A stretch of 32,000 bases of DNA from Haloquadratum walsbyi C23 (GTDB lineage Archaea > Halobacteriota > Halobacteria > Halobacteriales > Haloferacaceae), in assembly GCF_000237865.1 (NCBI RefSeq), contig NC_017459.1:210001-242000 (forward strand), written 5' to 3'. The position numbers and the translations under genes were made by a program. Each line of letters starts with the position of its first letter. Positions within the stretch are counted from its first letter, which is position 1. The notes under the pieces were generated by a model. The model ran no database searches. It was given only the letters and a program-made list of their open reading frames with translations, and was not told the origin of the DNA. Below, piece after piece: positions 18,964-28,346 of the stretch.

Positions 18964-18990
18964 TTATATGCTGAACAGGCGCAATACCAC
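18964..18990 (+). repeat. Copy B of the 27-nt motif, TTATATGCTGAACAGGCGCAATACCAC
   Basis: Matches 16439-16465 at 26 of 27 positions. It is followed 10 nt later by the hairpin GGCGCG-GATA-CGCGCC (19001-19016). Confidence 0.85.
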
Positions 18991-19099
18991 ACCCGTTCAC
19001 GGCGCGGATACGCGCCATCATTGAGTGCCACAAACCACAGAGACGTGATATCAAACTTCCACAACAAGATTTATTTGACAGATAGTTTATCATAAAACG

Positions 19100-19500
19100 A
19101 AGAATTGGGCGGGAAACAGAGCGATTCCTAGTTTCCTACGATGCCGGCCTGTCCGCCCGAAGCAATGAGGCAGTAATCGGAATCATTCTGGCGAACGGTC
19201 GATTGATATAAGTATAATGAACCGACGCGGTGTGACTGCTGGACGCAAGTTAGCAAGTAACTCTGAGTTTGGTGACATTGTGGTGGCGTTCCTGTGGCAA
19301 AAACAACACTGGGACGCCATACGCGACCGAGAATAGGAGTCCCGGCGGCTTGGCACCGCCAGCAGTCCCACCCGCGACAGCCCAGCTCATGAACACACCT
19401 TCAGATTCGGACTGATTGGGTGTCCAGCGGGACTGTGAAACCTGAAATTCCTCACACTTGGGATTCCTTGGCGTTTGCGCGGAGGAGGATGTCAATTGCT
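19100..19500. other. Second GC-rich structured non-coding island (candidate ncRNA or relic)
   Basis: No credible coding frame. Stems I could read are gggcgg (19108-19113) with ccgccc (19153-19158), enclosing ggaaac/gtttcc. Others are ggcgttcc...gggacgcc (near 19285-19318) and ggcgg-cttggca-ccgcc (near 19344-19360). It abuts the 3' end of the GT2 gene. Confidence 0.3.
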
Positions 19501-19526
19501 GGTTACTGGTGATACACACAGATATA

Positions 19527-20459
19527 CTACCGCCAGTCATGTCGAGAAACAGCGCGATCAGCGCGTGCAGAGCAACCGTGAGGGTTTCGAGTTGTTGACC
19601 GGTCAGCAAACCGTGCTTGTAACCCAGTTACAACACCAGCAATAGCGCCAGTGGCAGCATCACGCTCCACACTAAGATAAGTTGAAAGAGCGCGGTTATC
19701 CGCAAGAACGTCTCTGGCAGCATCAACCGCATCAGCGCCGATATGGGTGAGTATTCGGCGGGCAACAGTAGGGCGGATACCGTAGTTTTTCACCAGTCGA
19801 TAAGTCAAAGATCGGTATTTCCAGTCGGTGTCTCGCTGTTTAATTCCACCATCTGTCTCATATTCGGTCTGAACACACATCTCCGGCTCCCATGCGACGC
19901 GTTCACTTGCTGCAGCCAATCGGTGAGCGGCATCGCGAGCCCCACCAGTCTTCAGATACTCATCAAATCCATCGATATTCTCAAGTGTTGATGCAGTAAA
20001 TGCAACATTTCCGCCATTGAAATATGTCACAGTTTTGGAACCGATATTGGTCTGCTCACACGCAGTCGTTGTCATTCCGGCAGCTAACATCTGATGGACG
20101 GGTCCGGTAACGACTGCTGCGCGTGAGAGACCTGAGATAATCGCATCAACCCATGTTGACTCAATAGTAAGATCATATTGCAAAACCGCAATTGCCTCTC
20201 CTGTTGCCTCAATAATACCAGCATTCCGAGCAACATTCAATGTCCGTTCTGAAACCTCAATCAATACGTCAACATCTGTCCGATTTTGAACCATTCCGCT
20301 CGTGCCATCAGCGGAAGGACCATTGACAACAATGACCTCTGCTGCGGGAGCATGTTCAGCAATGGCATCAAGAGTATCGATAAGTTGCTCACGACCATTT
20401 AATGTTGGAATAACAATCGAAAGGTCAACATTGGAGGTATCAAGCGATAATGAAGGCAT
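19527..20459 (-). CDS. Glycosyltransferase family 2
   Basis: The N-terminal GT-A signature is DLSIVIPTLNGREQLIDTLDAI .. VIVVNGPSADGT. The last 30 aa or so (RFADRSTTRNPHGCSARADRAVSRHDWR) are basic and atypical for this acidic proteome. Confidence 0.85.
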   Translation of the reverse strand: MPSLSLDTSNVDLSIVIPTLNGREQLIDTLDAIAEHAPAAEVIVVNGPSADGTSGMVQNRTDVDVLIEVSERTLNVARNAGIIEATGEAIAVLQYDLTIESTWVDAIISGLSRAAVVTGPVHQMLAAGMTTTACEQTNIGSKTVTYFNGGNVAFTASTLENIDGFDEYLKTGGARDAAHRLAAASERVAWEPEMCVQTEYETDGGIKQRDTDWKYRSLTYRLVKNYGIRPTVARRILTHIGADAVDAARDVLADNRALSTYLSVERDAATGAIAGVVTGLQARFADRSTTRNPHGCSARADRAVSRHDWR

Positions 20460-20470
20460 TACTCAGTATA

Positions 20471-21271
20471 TTAATCATCTGCCGCGACTGTTCCGTCGGG
20501 TGTATGCTGTGATGTTTCAAGATTGGTCTCAGCTGTATCTGTCGTCGCCGAATCAGTGTCCACCGTTGCAGTCCAGTATGAGACTGATGCAAGTGCATCA
20601 CCAAATTCACTCTCTCCAAGCGATTTATCGACGTCGCGAAACCCATGAGCAAGGTCATTTGGTATCTTGCGATAGAATCCATATGGTAATAAAAAGTCAT
20701 GAGTATCATCAACCATCGCAAGCTCAGCGTCTGAAAGAAGTTTCTTTACCTGTGACCGGGAGTATAGGTGTGATCCCATTGGGAGAAGCCAATTATAGAT
20801 AATACGCGTACTGCGGTGATTGAACGTATCAAAAAAGACAATATCGTTTGAGACTCGTGCCATTTCGGTGAGAAAAGTCCCTGGTGTCTCCGCAAGATGG
20901 AAAAATCGCATTGCAAAGACTGCATCAAAATGATTGTCAGGAAAAGGTAGTCGGGCAGCATCGCCACGAAGTAATTCAAGCGTGTCGTTCACGCCGTTAT
21001 TGCGTGCCTTTCTGCGACCCTGTGCGAGCATTGCATCAGAAATATCAATTCCAACAATATTCGCTCCTCTTTCTGCAAGCATCGCCGTGAACCGACCCGT
21101 CCCACAAGCAATCTCAAGAATATCGGCGCCAGTAACGGGATTAAGTGAGTCAAGAACAGCACGTTTCTCTCGACGGTCGATGAGTTGACCGCCACGTGAG
21201 AATCGCTTTGACTCGTATGCTTGCGCAACGTCATCAGCTTGATACCACTCTTTTCCTTTCACACTACGCAT
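20471..21271 (-). CDS. Class I SAM-dependent methyltransferase
   Basis: The SAM-binding motif I is ILEIACGTGRFTAMLAERGANIVGIDISDAML, and FDAVFAMRFFHL is the post-I/II region. The stop codon lies 11 nt before the GT2 start, which looks like an operon. Confidence 0.88.
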   Translation of the reverse strand: MRSVKGKEWYQADDVAQAYESKRFSRGGQLIDRREKRAVLDSLNPVTGADILEIACGTGRFTAMLAERGANIVGIDISDAMLAQGRRKARNNGVNDTLELLRGDAARLPFPDNHFDAVFAMRFFHLAETPGTFLTEMARVSNDIVFFDTFNHRSTRIIYNWLLPMGSHLYSRSQVKKLLSDAELAMVDDTHDFLLPYGFYRKIPNDLAHGFRDVDKSLGESEFGDALASVSYWTATVDTDSATTDTAETNLETSQHTPDGTVAADD

Positions 21272-21496
21272 ATGTGCTCACTCAGATAGTAAAACCGTAT
21301 TGGATACGCCTTGATATTGTATTTGTATCTGCGTGTCACATTTACTATGAGAGTCATCAACCAAACGACCACGGGTCAGATGACCCGTTACACTCTCACT
21401 GGTGGACTTACGCCTATCAAAGACATATAAGGTATTAGTATTATACTAAGAGACTTCGAGATAACCTTTACACCATATACTAATATTTTCGGTTAT

Positions 21497-21775
21497 ATGA
21501 GCACCAGTGTTGTCGACCCGGAGAATGCAGTTCAGCTGTCGAAGTCAGAGTTCCGTAGTCGATTACGAGAATTGCCACCAAGTGCCAAACTTGTTGTTAA
21601 AGTACTTGAGACTGATTCTCCGCTTTCGCAGGGGCAACTTGCAGAGGAGTCACTATTACCGGATCGAACTGTTCGCTACGCACTAAGCAGATTAGAGGAG
21701 AATGAACTTATTGGCTCTCGATATAGCTTCAAAGATGCTCGAAAGCAGGTGTACTTTCTTAATGATCATGTGTGA
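21497..21775 (+). CDS. Small winged-helix (MarR/ArsR-like) DNA-binding protein
   Basis: The 92 aa protein contains SAKLVVKVLETDSPLSQGQLAEESLLPDRTVRYALSRLEENELI, a typical haloarchaeal wHTH module. Confidence 0.7.
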   Translation: MSTSVVDPENAVQLSKSEFRSRLRELPPSAKLVVKVLETDSPLSQGQLAEESLLPDRTVRYALSRLEENELIGSRYSFKDARKQVYFLNDHV

Positions 21776-22195
21776 ATTGCCTTAGGGTCAAGCCCCGTGA
21801 CAGTCGCCTTATTCAACGTGTGAATTCACCTGCGACTGATATTATAAAACTTGCTCCGTTAGAGGATGTGTCGTGTTCCTCTGTCCTCAGGGGTGCAGCG
21901 ACGCTTTCAGCTCCTGCGCGCTTGCACCAAGTGAATGACTCTCATGAAAAAAAGTGTCGTGAATTACCTGTATCTCGACGTATACTTGTTTTATTCTATG
22001 TTGCCCTTATTATATCAAGAGCAAGCGTCTTACAACACAGAGTTAATTTGTATTGGTCGGTATCCAGTCGATTTTTATTTCTTAATATAAGTTTGGATTC
22101 TCTAGACATATACTGTCAGACGGATTGATAATCGTAGTCCACATCATAACGATGATACTGTCGACCCGAATTAGACACATAATGTCAGTCAGGTC

Positions 22196-23014
22196 ATGAC
22201 ACGTGTTCGCCGTATTCCAGTCGGTGTCGATTCACAGGTTCCGACAGGAAAGACAAATGCATACGTCATTATCACATCAAATGAAGAACATCAGGGCGAC
22301 ACCGGATCACGCCCAGAGGCAATCCTTGCTGATCCACCGGCGCAGGCACCTGAGATTGATATGGTAGTTGATAAGCTCACTGTAAGTCATATTCTTGTTA
22401 CACATACGCATCCAGACCATGTTGGTGGTGTCAGCGTATATGCCGATGCAACCGATGCAACGGTGTGGTGTCGGCATGGTCGAGTACAACGGTTTTATGA
22501 GACGACAGGTGTCAATCCTGATCAAACATTCCGAGAGGGTACCATACTTCCCGTTGATGAGAGCGTTCAAATACTTGATCTTCCAGGGCATGCCCCAGAT
22601 CATATTGGAATCGAGACTAAAATCGGTATATTATGTGGTGATATTGCCCGCGCAAATGGCAGTGTCGCAATTACATCACCTGATGGTGCAATGCGTGCAT
22701 ACTTTGTTGCACTTCGACGTTTGCATGCGCGACAGCCAGCATGTTTGTATCCTGGACATGGAGAGGTTATCTCAAATCCACGAGAAACCTGTATGCGACT
22801 TCTTATGCATCGACAGGAAAGAGAAAAGAATATACTCACCGCGATTACCGGTAATGCCACATCCGTTGAGACTATTCTTGACCAGGCATATGATAAGAAT
22901 ATAACAAGCGTGCGTGATCTTGCACGAGCGACTGTTGTTGCGCATCTTGAAAAACTAGACGCTGACGGGCGTATTGCATTCAATCGAGAGACAAAAATGG
23001 TGAGAGAAATATGA
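22196..23014 (+). CDS. MBL-fold metallo-hydrolase
   Basis: Has the metal-binding HxHxDH motif in ILVTHTHPDHVGG, a downstream LPGHAPDH, and a C-terminal winged-helix-like tail. Confidence 0.88.
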   Translation: MTRVRRIPVGVDSQVPTGKTNAYVIITSNEEHQGDTGSRPEAILADPPAQAPEIDMVVDKLTVSHILVTHTHPDHVGGVSVYADATDATVWCRHGRVQRFYETTGVNPDQTFREGTILPVDESVQILDLPGHAPDHIGIETKIGILCGDIARANGSVAITSPDGAMRAYFVALRRLHARQPACLYPGHGEVISNPRETCMRLLMHRQEREKNILTAITGNATSVETILDQAYDKNITSVRDLARATVVAHLEKLDADGRIAFNRETKMVREI

Positions 23015-23982
23015 AAGACGCTGAAATGAATGAACTGAGTGATAGTGAACAAGAAGAAGTTCAAAGTCTTGAAGCAGAACTGGCGCGTGCAAAATCGCTT
23101 TCTGTCAAGTCACTTGCCGATGCAATTGAATCAATTGGGTTTGAGTGTACACGATGTGGTGCCTGTTGTACAGCTCATCACAGTGGAGAAAATAATGATG
23201 AAAAAACAGAAAATGCACATGAGGATGAAACGGAGCCAGCACATACTCAAATAAACAATACATCAAAGACTGAGGCTCCCGCCGTCACTGCTCCGACAGA
23301 AAACGGTCGTGTCAGCCATAACAATGGATCAGATGATCAAACACGGACTGTCAGTAATCAAGATAACAAAGCCAATACCGATGTAGCCATGGAGTCGGCA
23401 TCGACATCAACATCAACAGAACCACATACAGCGACCGTTTTTCCTGATGAGGTTCGAGAATTACAGGCAACAGCGGATAACATGAGAGATGGTACAGCCG
23501 ATACTGACGCACATTCACCGACTGAATGGCGCGATGTTGCCCGTCCGATGCCGTATGGGCTTGATGATGAGAACTCAACCGGAACAACGTTCGAATGGGC
23601 ACTGCAGACCGATGCATGCGGTGATTGTGTATTTTATGAAGAAGCAGATGGGGTTGGGTCGTGTCAGGCACATGATAACCGCCCATTAATTTGTGCAACA
23701 TATCCATTCAGCGTTGCCCTTGGCGGGACCAGCCAACCAATGGGTGAGGCTGTTGATACGGCTGGTATGGTGCGTGCACATGAATGCGAGGGACTGGGTC
23801 GTGATATCACTCGTGAGGCAGCCGAGGAGTTGGCAGCAACACTCCGAACCCGTGCAATTCGCGAACTTGAGGAAGCAATCTCGCTTAGAGATACATACGA
23901 ACCACCAGGTAATACCGACGGTATTGTTGTTCATGACTCTGAAGGTGCAAAGCGACCTGATGGGACAGCAATCGATAATTAA
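23011..23982 (+). CDS. YkgJ-family (CxxCxxCC) cysteine-cluster protein with a long low-complexity insert
   Basis: FECTRCGACC carries the CxxCxxCC motif. A second Cys group follows: CGDCVFY...GSCQAHDNRPLICATYPF. It shares a 4-nt ATGA overlap with the MBL gene. About 85 aa rich in Thr/Asn/Glu/Asp separate the two Cys groups. Confidence 0.75.
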   Translation: MKDAEMNELSDSEQEEVQSLEAELARAKSLSVKSLADAIESIGFECTRCGACCTAHHSGENNDEKTENAHEDETEPAHTQINNTSKTEAPAVTAPTENGRVSHNNGSDDQTRTVSNQDNKANTDVAMESASTSTSTEPHTATVFPDEVRELQATADNMRDGTADTDAHSPTEWRDVARPMPYGLDDENSTGTTFEWALQTDACGDCVFYEEADGVGSCQAHDNRPLICATYPFSVALGGTSQPMGEAVDTAGMVRAHECEGLGRDITREAAEELAATLRTRAIRELEEAISLRDTYEPPGNTDGIVVHDSEGAKRPDGTAIDN

Positions 23983-24208
23983 GTTGGATAAAATCAGAAT
24001 AGAACAGAACTGCTCTGACCTGCAGTTATTCATCCGTTCTTTGAGATGCTTATATGTAGACGATCTGGGAATTCATGGCTCAACGTTATCATATCAATTT
24101 AATGAATATCAAATCGTGGGTTTATTTGCAGAGATAATAAGATAATCCCGTCCGTTTAACGGTACTACTTTACCGATACGCCGTGAGATACCATCGGAGG
24201 TCTATACT

Positions 24209-24607
24209 GTGGAAATCTCAGATAAACTCCTGTGCCTGTTCAACGCTGATATTCGGGCGGAAGATGATCAATATATCGTCGAAGTACCGAAGCGTGAGAT
24301 CGAAACTGGATCTCTCGACCCAGACGAAACGTATCGCGTTGCTCTTATCTCGCGGTCAGCGACTTCAGAGGATGAATCGATTGAGCGCGAGCAACCATCA
24401 TCAGAGCCTCAACCACCGGTTGAACCGGAAGAACTCCGCTATGTCGAGATTGAGGATATTGGTAAACAGGGTGATGGTATTGCTCGTGTCGAACGAGGCT
24501 ATGTGATTATTGTTCCCGACGCAGAGGTCGGAGACCGCGTCAAGATAGAGATTAGTGAAGTCAAATCTAACTTTGCCGTCGGTGAAGTAATCGAAGAAGA
24601 AATATAA
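24209..24607 (+). CDS. TRAM domain-containing protein
   Basis: The C-terminal 60 aa, VEIEDIGKQGDGIARVERGYVIIVPDAEVGDRVKIEISEVKSNFAVGEVI, form the canonical TRAM beta-barrel signature. The start is GTG in the ORF track. Confidence 0.85.
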   Translation: MEISDKLLCLFNADIRAEDDQYIVEVPKREIETGSLDPDETYRVALISRSATSEDESIEREQPSSEPQPPVEPEELRYVEIEDIGKQGDGIARVERGYVIIVPDAEVGDRVKIEISEVKSNFAVGEVIEEEI

Positions 24608-24879
24608 CATAGATTAACAATCCTTGGCAATATTCGCTATATGCCGTTTTTGACATCCTCCTCCGCCTCCGCCTCAATCTCCGTCTTCGCCTGCGTCTGA
24701 AGACATTGTCATGCGGAACTGACTGCTCGCCAGATGCGATCTGGCGATGGAGGAGTCTTGACCCTAATGAGGAGTAATTAACAGTATCTTTATTATTGGG
24801 TCGTATCATTCGTGGCTTTATGATAATAGAATTTATGAATTAATTGCCAGTCTCAACTAGTCTTAACCGGTCTTAGATA

Positions 24880-26616
24880 TCAATCTGCGCGTGGTTCATC
24901 ATAACCGCTTGCATGAGCGAATGTCGATAAATCAACGTCTGAGACAGGAACGTCAGCAAGACCATCATATGGTCGGTTTATTACAATATCACCAGCAGTT
25001 CGCGATCCAATCCCAGGAATTGCTGTCAACTCATCCATAGAGGCTGCATTCGGGTCAAGCGGATATGGAACAGCAGTGATCGAGCGATATCCATGATCAA
25101 CAACTGCGACATCAATCGTCTTTCCAAGTGGTCGCTCACCAGGAATCCCAACTAATAGTGGATACGTCCCGAGTTGTCGACCAAACGTCCGCCCATCACG
25201 ATGATACTCTAGATACACATCTGGAAGGACAGTTCCAGCGGGAACGAGTCGTCGAAGCATTGGCTGGTCAATCTCCTCACGAACCTCCTGTTTGTATTGC
25301 TTGAATTGCTTTTTATGCTCAATAGCGACATCTGCACCTGTCTCTGCCATTTCAGTCCCCTCAAACGCCATTACCTGTCGTATATTGATCCGACGGAGGA
25401 GAAGCCCAGCGTCAAAAACACGGTGAAGAAAGCGCTTGTTGTGTGTGAATGTTTCTGTACGCTCGCCTGTAAGTCCATGCAGGAGGTTAATGCCCGGAAG
25501 TAATTTCGGAAGTCTATCCGGCGCTTCAATACCGTAGCTTGGGGCATCAGCGGGATCCTCACCTGGACGCCACCCAGCGACCTCATTCACGATACGGACA
25601 GCCTCAAAGCATTCATCGGCGGTGACGTTCAGTTGATTTTGATCTTGAACCACAGGGTCAGCCGACTCAAGTCCAAACGCAGCGGTGTCTCCTGGTGTAT
25701 TATATGTAGAGATAATATCAAGACATTCCCGAGAGGCGTCAGGCCAATTAACGATAGTAATTGGATTCATATTATCAAGATGTAATGTTTGAAGATCAGG
25801 TGCGACATCACGAATCCCGCTGTATAATCGTCGAAGAGAATCAGGATTGGGTGCTTCACCATCACCCCCAAAAGCAAGGATATCGGCTTGTCGACCTATT
25901 CGGAAGTGAGCGACTCCACGATCAGCGAGGGACTCAACCTCTCGAATGACCGAATCAGCGGTCCGAAACGACGGGTCGCCGTACATTGGTTCAGTACAGA
26001 ATGAACAGCGATAGGCACAGCCACGAGAGGTCTCAATCTCACAAATAAGATATTCGGGATAGTTTGGATGTTGTACAACAATAAACGCCCCTTTTGATGC
26101 CCACCGATCAAGTTCGTCAGTACTTCGATACCGATCATTGAAGCCTTCAAGTCCACTTTCAACAAGATCGTATGCAGCTGCTTCAACATCAGCCATCGCA
26201 AGATAGTCATAATCAAGATTCTGACGCTCCATCTCTTGAGCACCGGCGTTCTCATCACCAACGCCAAATCGAACGGGTCCACCCATCATTGAAACGCCAT
26301 CAGCCGTCCAAGCTATTTCACGAACTTCATCAGGCTCAGCAGGAGTCCCGCCGACGTACTTACCTGGAACCGTCATTCCACCAAGATATATCAGTAAGTC
26401 TGCATCCGCAACATCTCGCCACCGCCCTCGGTCATCTCGAAGTGCATCGATTGTATGATATGTTATTTGATCGTGAGGAACGCCAGCATCAACGAGCGCA
26501 CCGGCAGTAAACCGTGGATACGTTGAAATATATGGTGGCACACCGAAGTGTGCGGGCTCATCAACGTACCCATCGACGAGCGTCACCGAAAGATTAGATG
26601 GATGAATGTGTGTCAT
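24880..26616 (-). CDS. Radical SAM protein with a C-terminal helix-hairpin-helix
   Basis: The CxxxCxxC cluster motif is ETSRGCAYRCSFCTEP. The N-terminal Rossmann-like region is LIYLGGMTVPGKY. The C-terminal HhH is ELTAIPGIGSRTAGDIV. Length is 578 aa. Confidence 0.85.
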   Translation of the reverse strand: MTHIHPSNLSVTLVDGYVDEPAHFGVPPYISTYPRFTAGALVDAGVPHDQITYHTIDALRDDRGRWRDVADADLLIYLGGMTVPGKYVGGTPAEPDEVREIAWTADGVSMMGGPVRFGVGDENAGAQEMERQNLDYDYLAMADVEAAAYDLVESGLEGFNDRYRSTDELDRWASKGAFIVVQHPNYPEYLICEIETSRGCAYRCSFCTEPMYGDPSFRTADSVIREVESLADRGVAHFRIGRQADILAFGGDGEAPNPDSLRRLYSGIRDVAPDLQTLHLDNMNPITIVNWPDASRECLDIISTYNTPGDTAAFGLESADPVVQDQNQLNVTADECFEAVRIVNEVAGWRPGEDPADAPSYGIEAPDRLPKLLPGINLLHGLTGERTETFTHNKRFLHRVFDAGLLLRRINIRQVMAFEGTEMAETGADVAIEHKKQFKQYKQEVREEIDQPMLRRLVPAGTVLPDVYLEYHRDGRTFGRQLGTYPLLVGIPGERPLGKTIDVAVVDHGYRSITAVPYPLDPNAASMDELTAIPGIGSRTAGDIVINRPYDGLADVPVSDVDLSTFAHASGYDEPRAD

Positions 26617-27021
26617 GAATGGTGTAGTGTAGTGTGGTCGTATACGGTGATATGGTATGACGTGGTGTGTATGTTCTGATTAATATACCCAACTTTGATT
26701 TTGAGTCTCGAATTGATATGTCACAATTGAGAATCAAGCATGTATATGATATGATTAGTTACCCTATTGATATATAAGTTCATTATGCAAACACTCATAA
26801 TATTTAATCACATCATGCGTAACTCTATGTAGGAATAGTCGTTCACGGTACTGAACTCAAAGCGGTATCTCTCTTCACGAATATCAGTTATAATGTGATT
26901 GAATTACATTCACGCGTTTAATATGCGAAAAGTATGATATTATTCTCATGTGTTGTGTATAATTGTATGATAATCAATGAATCAACGACTGGGAATCTCA
27001 TAGATCACATTATATTGAGAA

Positions 27022-27885
27022 TCAGGACACGATCCAGCCTTCACACTGCCATCGGTCATCCGCAGATGATGGAATCGTGATACCATCTCGAGCCACATGA
27101 AATGTCGCAACAGCCGCAATAACAGCATCAAGTGCATCACCATCAGGGTCCGTGAGTGCAGTTGCCTTTGCCTCTGGGGTAAGGGTAACATCATCGCGAG
27201 CATCAATCTCCTCGATAATCATCTGACGGCGATTATATGCATCATCGCTTGTCGATTTATACCCATCATCTGGAAGCCCAAATCGGTCAAGCGTCGCTGC
27301 GGGATACGCTTCGACAATCCAGGGAATATCCGACGTTGGAGATTGCATTGGTCGGACACGGATACTATTGGTTTTGACGAGTGGTGCGAGCACATCTCGG
27401 ATTCCATAGAACGTTTGTGATTGGATAAAGAAGTGATATGGTGAAAGCGCACCAACACGGGTGTCGGTTAGTCGTTGGATATACGTCCGTTTTGTCTCGG
27501 TGGCAGCAGCAATATCGCCTGCCCATGATGCGAATGTCGATGGATCCGTCATATCGCCTGGAAACCATTGGAGAAACGACTGCCAATCGGTAACGTCATC
27601 AACAGCGGCAATATGAACCATTGGAATGCTAAATGCGAAGTCACACCCGAATGCAACTGAATCCGTGTCTGATGTTGGGCGAGTAGCAATGAACTCACGA
27701 AGACCGGACAAGACAGCATCACGATCAGCAGTGGTGTCTAACAGCGTCGGTGCAGGGGTACATGTCTCAATATGAAGCGTTTCATCACTGGATGTAGTTG
27801 GAACACGCCCACGTGTGAGATATATATTATCACCAGCGCGGGCAGCTCCGGAGAAATCAACACCATAGATGGTGTGTGCAAGCAT
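27022..27885 (-). CDS. DUF429-like protein (predicted RNase H-fold)
   Basis: Motifs YGVDFSGAARAG, VEAYPAATLDRFGL and GDALDAVIAAVA match my recollection of DUF429 signatures. The assignment is from memory, not from a search. Confidence 0.5.
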   Translation of the reverse strand: MLAHTIYGVDFSGAARAGDNIYLTRGRVPTTSSDETLHIETCTPAPTLLDTTADRDAVLSGLREFIATRPTSDTDSVAFGCDFAFSIPMVHIAAVDDVTDWQSFLQWFPGDMTDPSTFASWAGDIAAATETKRTYIQRLTDTRVGALSPYHFFIQSQTFYGIRDVLAPLVKTNSIRVRPMQSPTSDIPWIVEAYPAATLDRFGLPDDGYKSTSDDAYNRRQMIIEEIDARDDVTLTPEAKATALTDPDGDALDAVIAAVATFHVARDGITIPSSADDRWQCEGWIVS

Positions 27886-28346
27886 AATATAGTACTAGCC
27901 TGTAAATATCATACACGCTTCGATATAGTGAGCCAACCTAGACCCAAACAGAGATCTAAAATTATCCATTTCGCATTTCATAGAGAGATTGTATACATGA
28001 TTTCATGAAATTCCCTACCTGTATCTCAGGCACTCATACATATCTATTCAGGCTGAGATTCAAATATATTATTTTATATTATTTTATTATACCTGGAGTA
28101 AATTTCAGCTAAACAACTGATTCTGTTCGGTTTATTCTTCTGTTTATGACTTGTGAGGTTCTCTTGAGGTGTATTATAACTTTCTCAACTGCTTCTGGGT
28201 AGCGTTTATTGAAGTCGAATCACTCGGGGTATCCAGTAAGTCGGTTCTGGTACTTATACGCTAAATTAAGTTTTTGATGATTCAGGGGTATTTGGCGTCA
28301 AATCCACTTATATTCGCCTTTTCACCGATTGCAATTGCTCTCAGTG

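Noticed and set aside
17085-21798. A shared 12-mer, ggtcaagccccg, at about 17085 and about 21787, considered as a possible dispersed repeat family.
   Set aside because: Tens of exact 12-mer coincidences are expected by chance in a 32-kb window on two strands, and the flanking sequence shows no further similarity.
21772-22128. A 118 aa ORF downstream of the wHTH gene.
   Set aside because: It has no recognisable motifs. Its composition is not acidic (rich in Leu/Ser/Arg/Cys), unlike every supported protein here. It is treated as intergenic spacer.
24567-24809. An 80 aa - strand ORF with a poly-Arg run (RRRRRRLRRRRRR).
   Set aside because: It is produced by the CCTCCG-type repeat tract in the TRAM/radical-SAM intergenic region, and it is implausible as a haloarchaeal protein.
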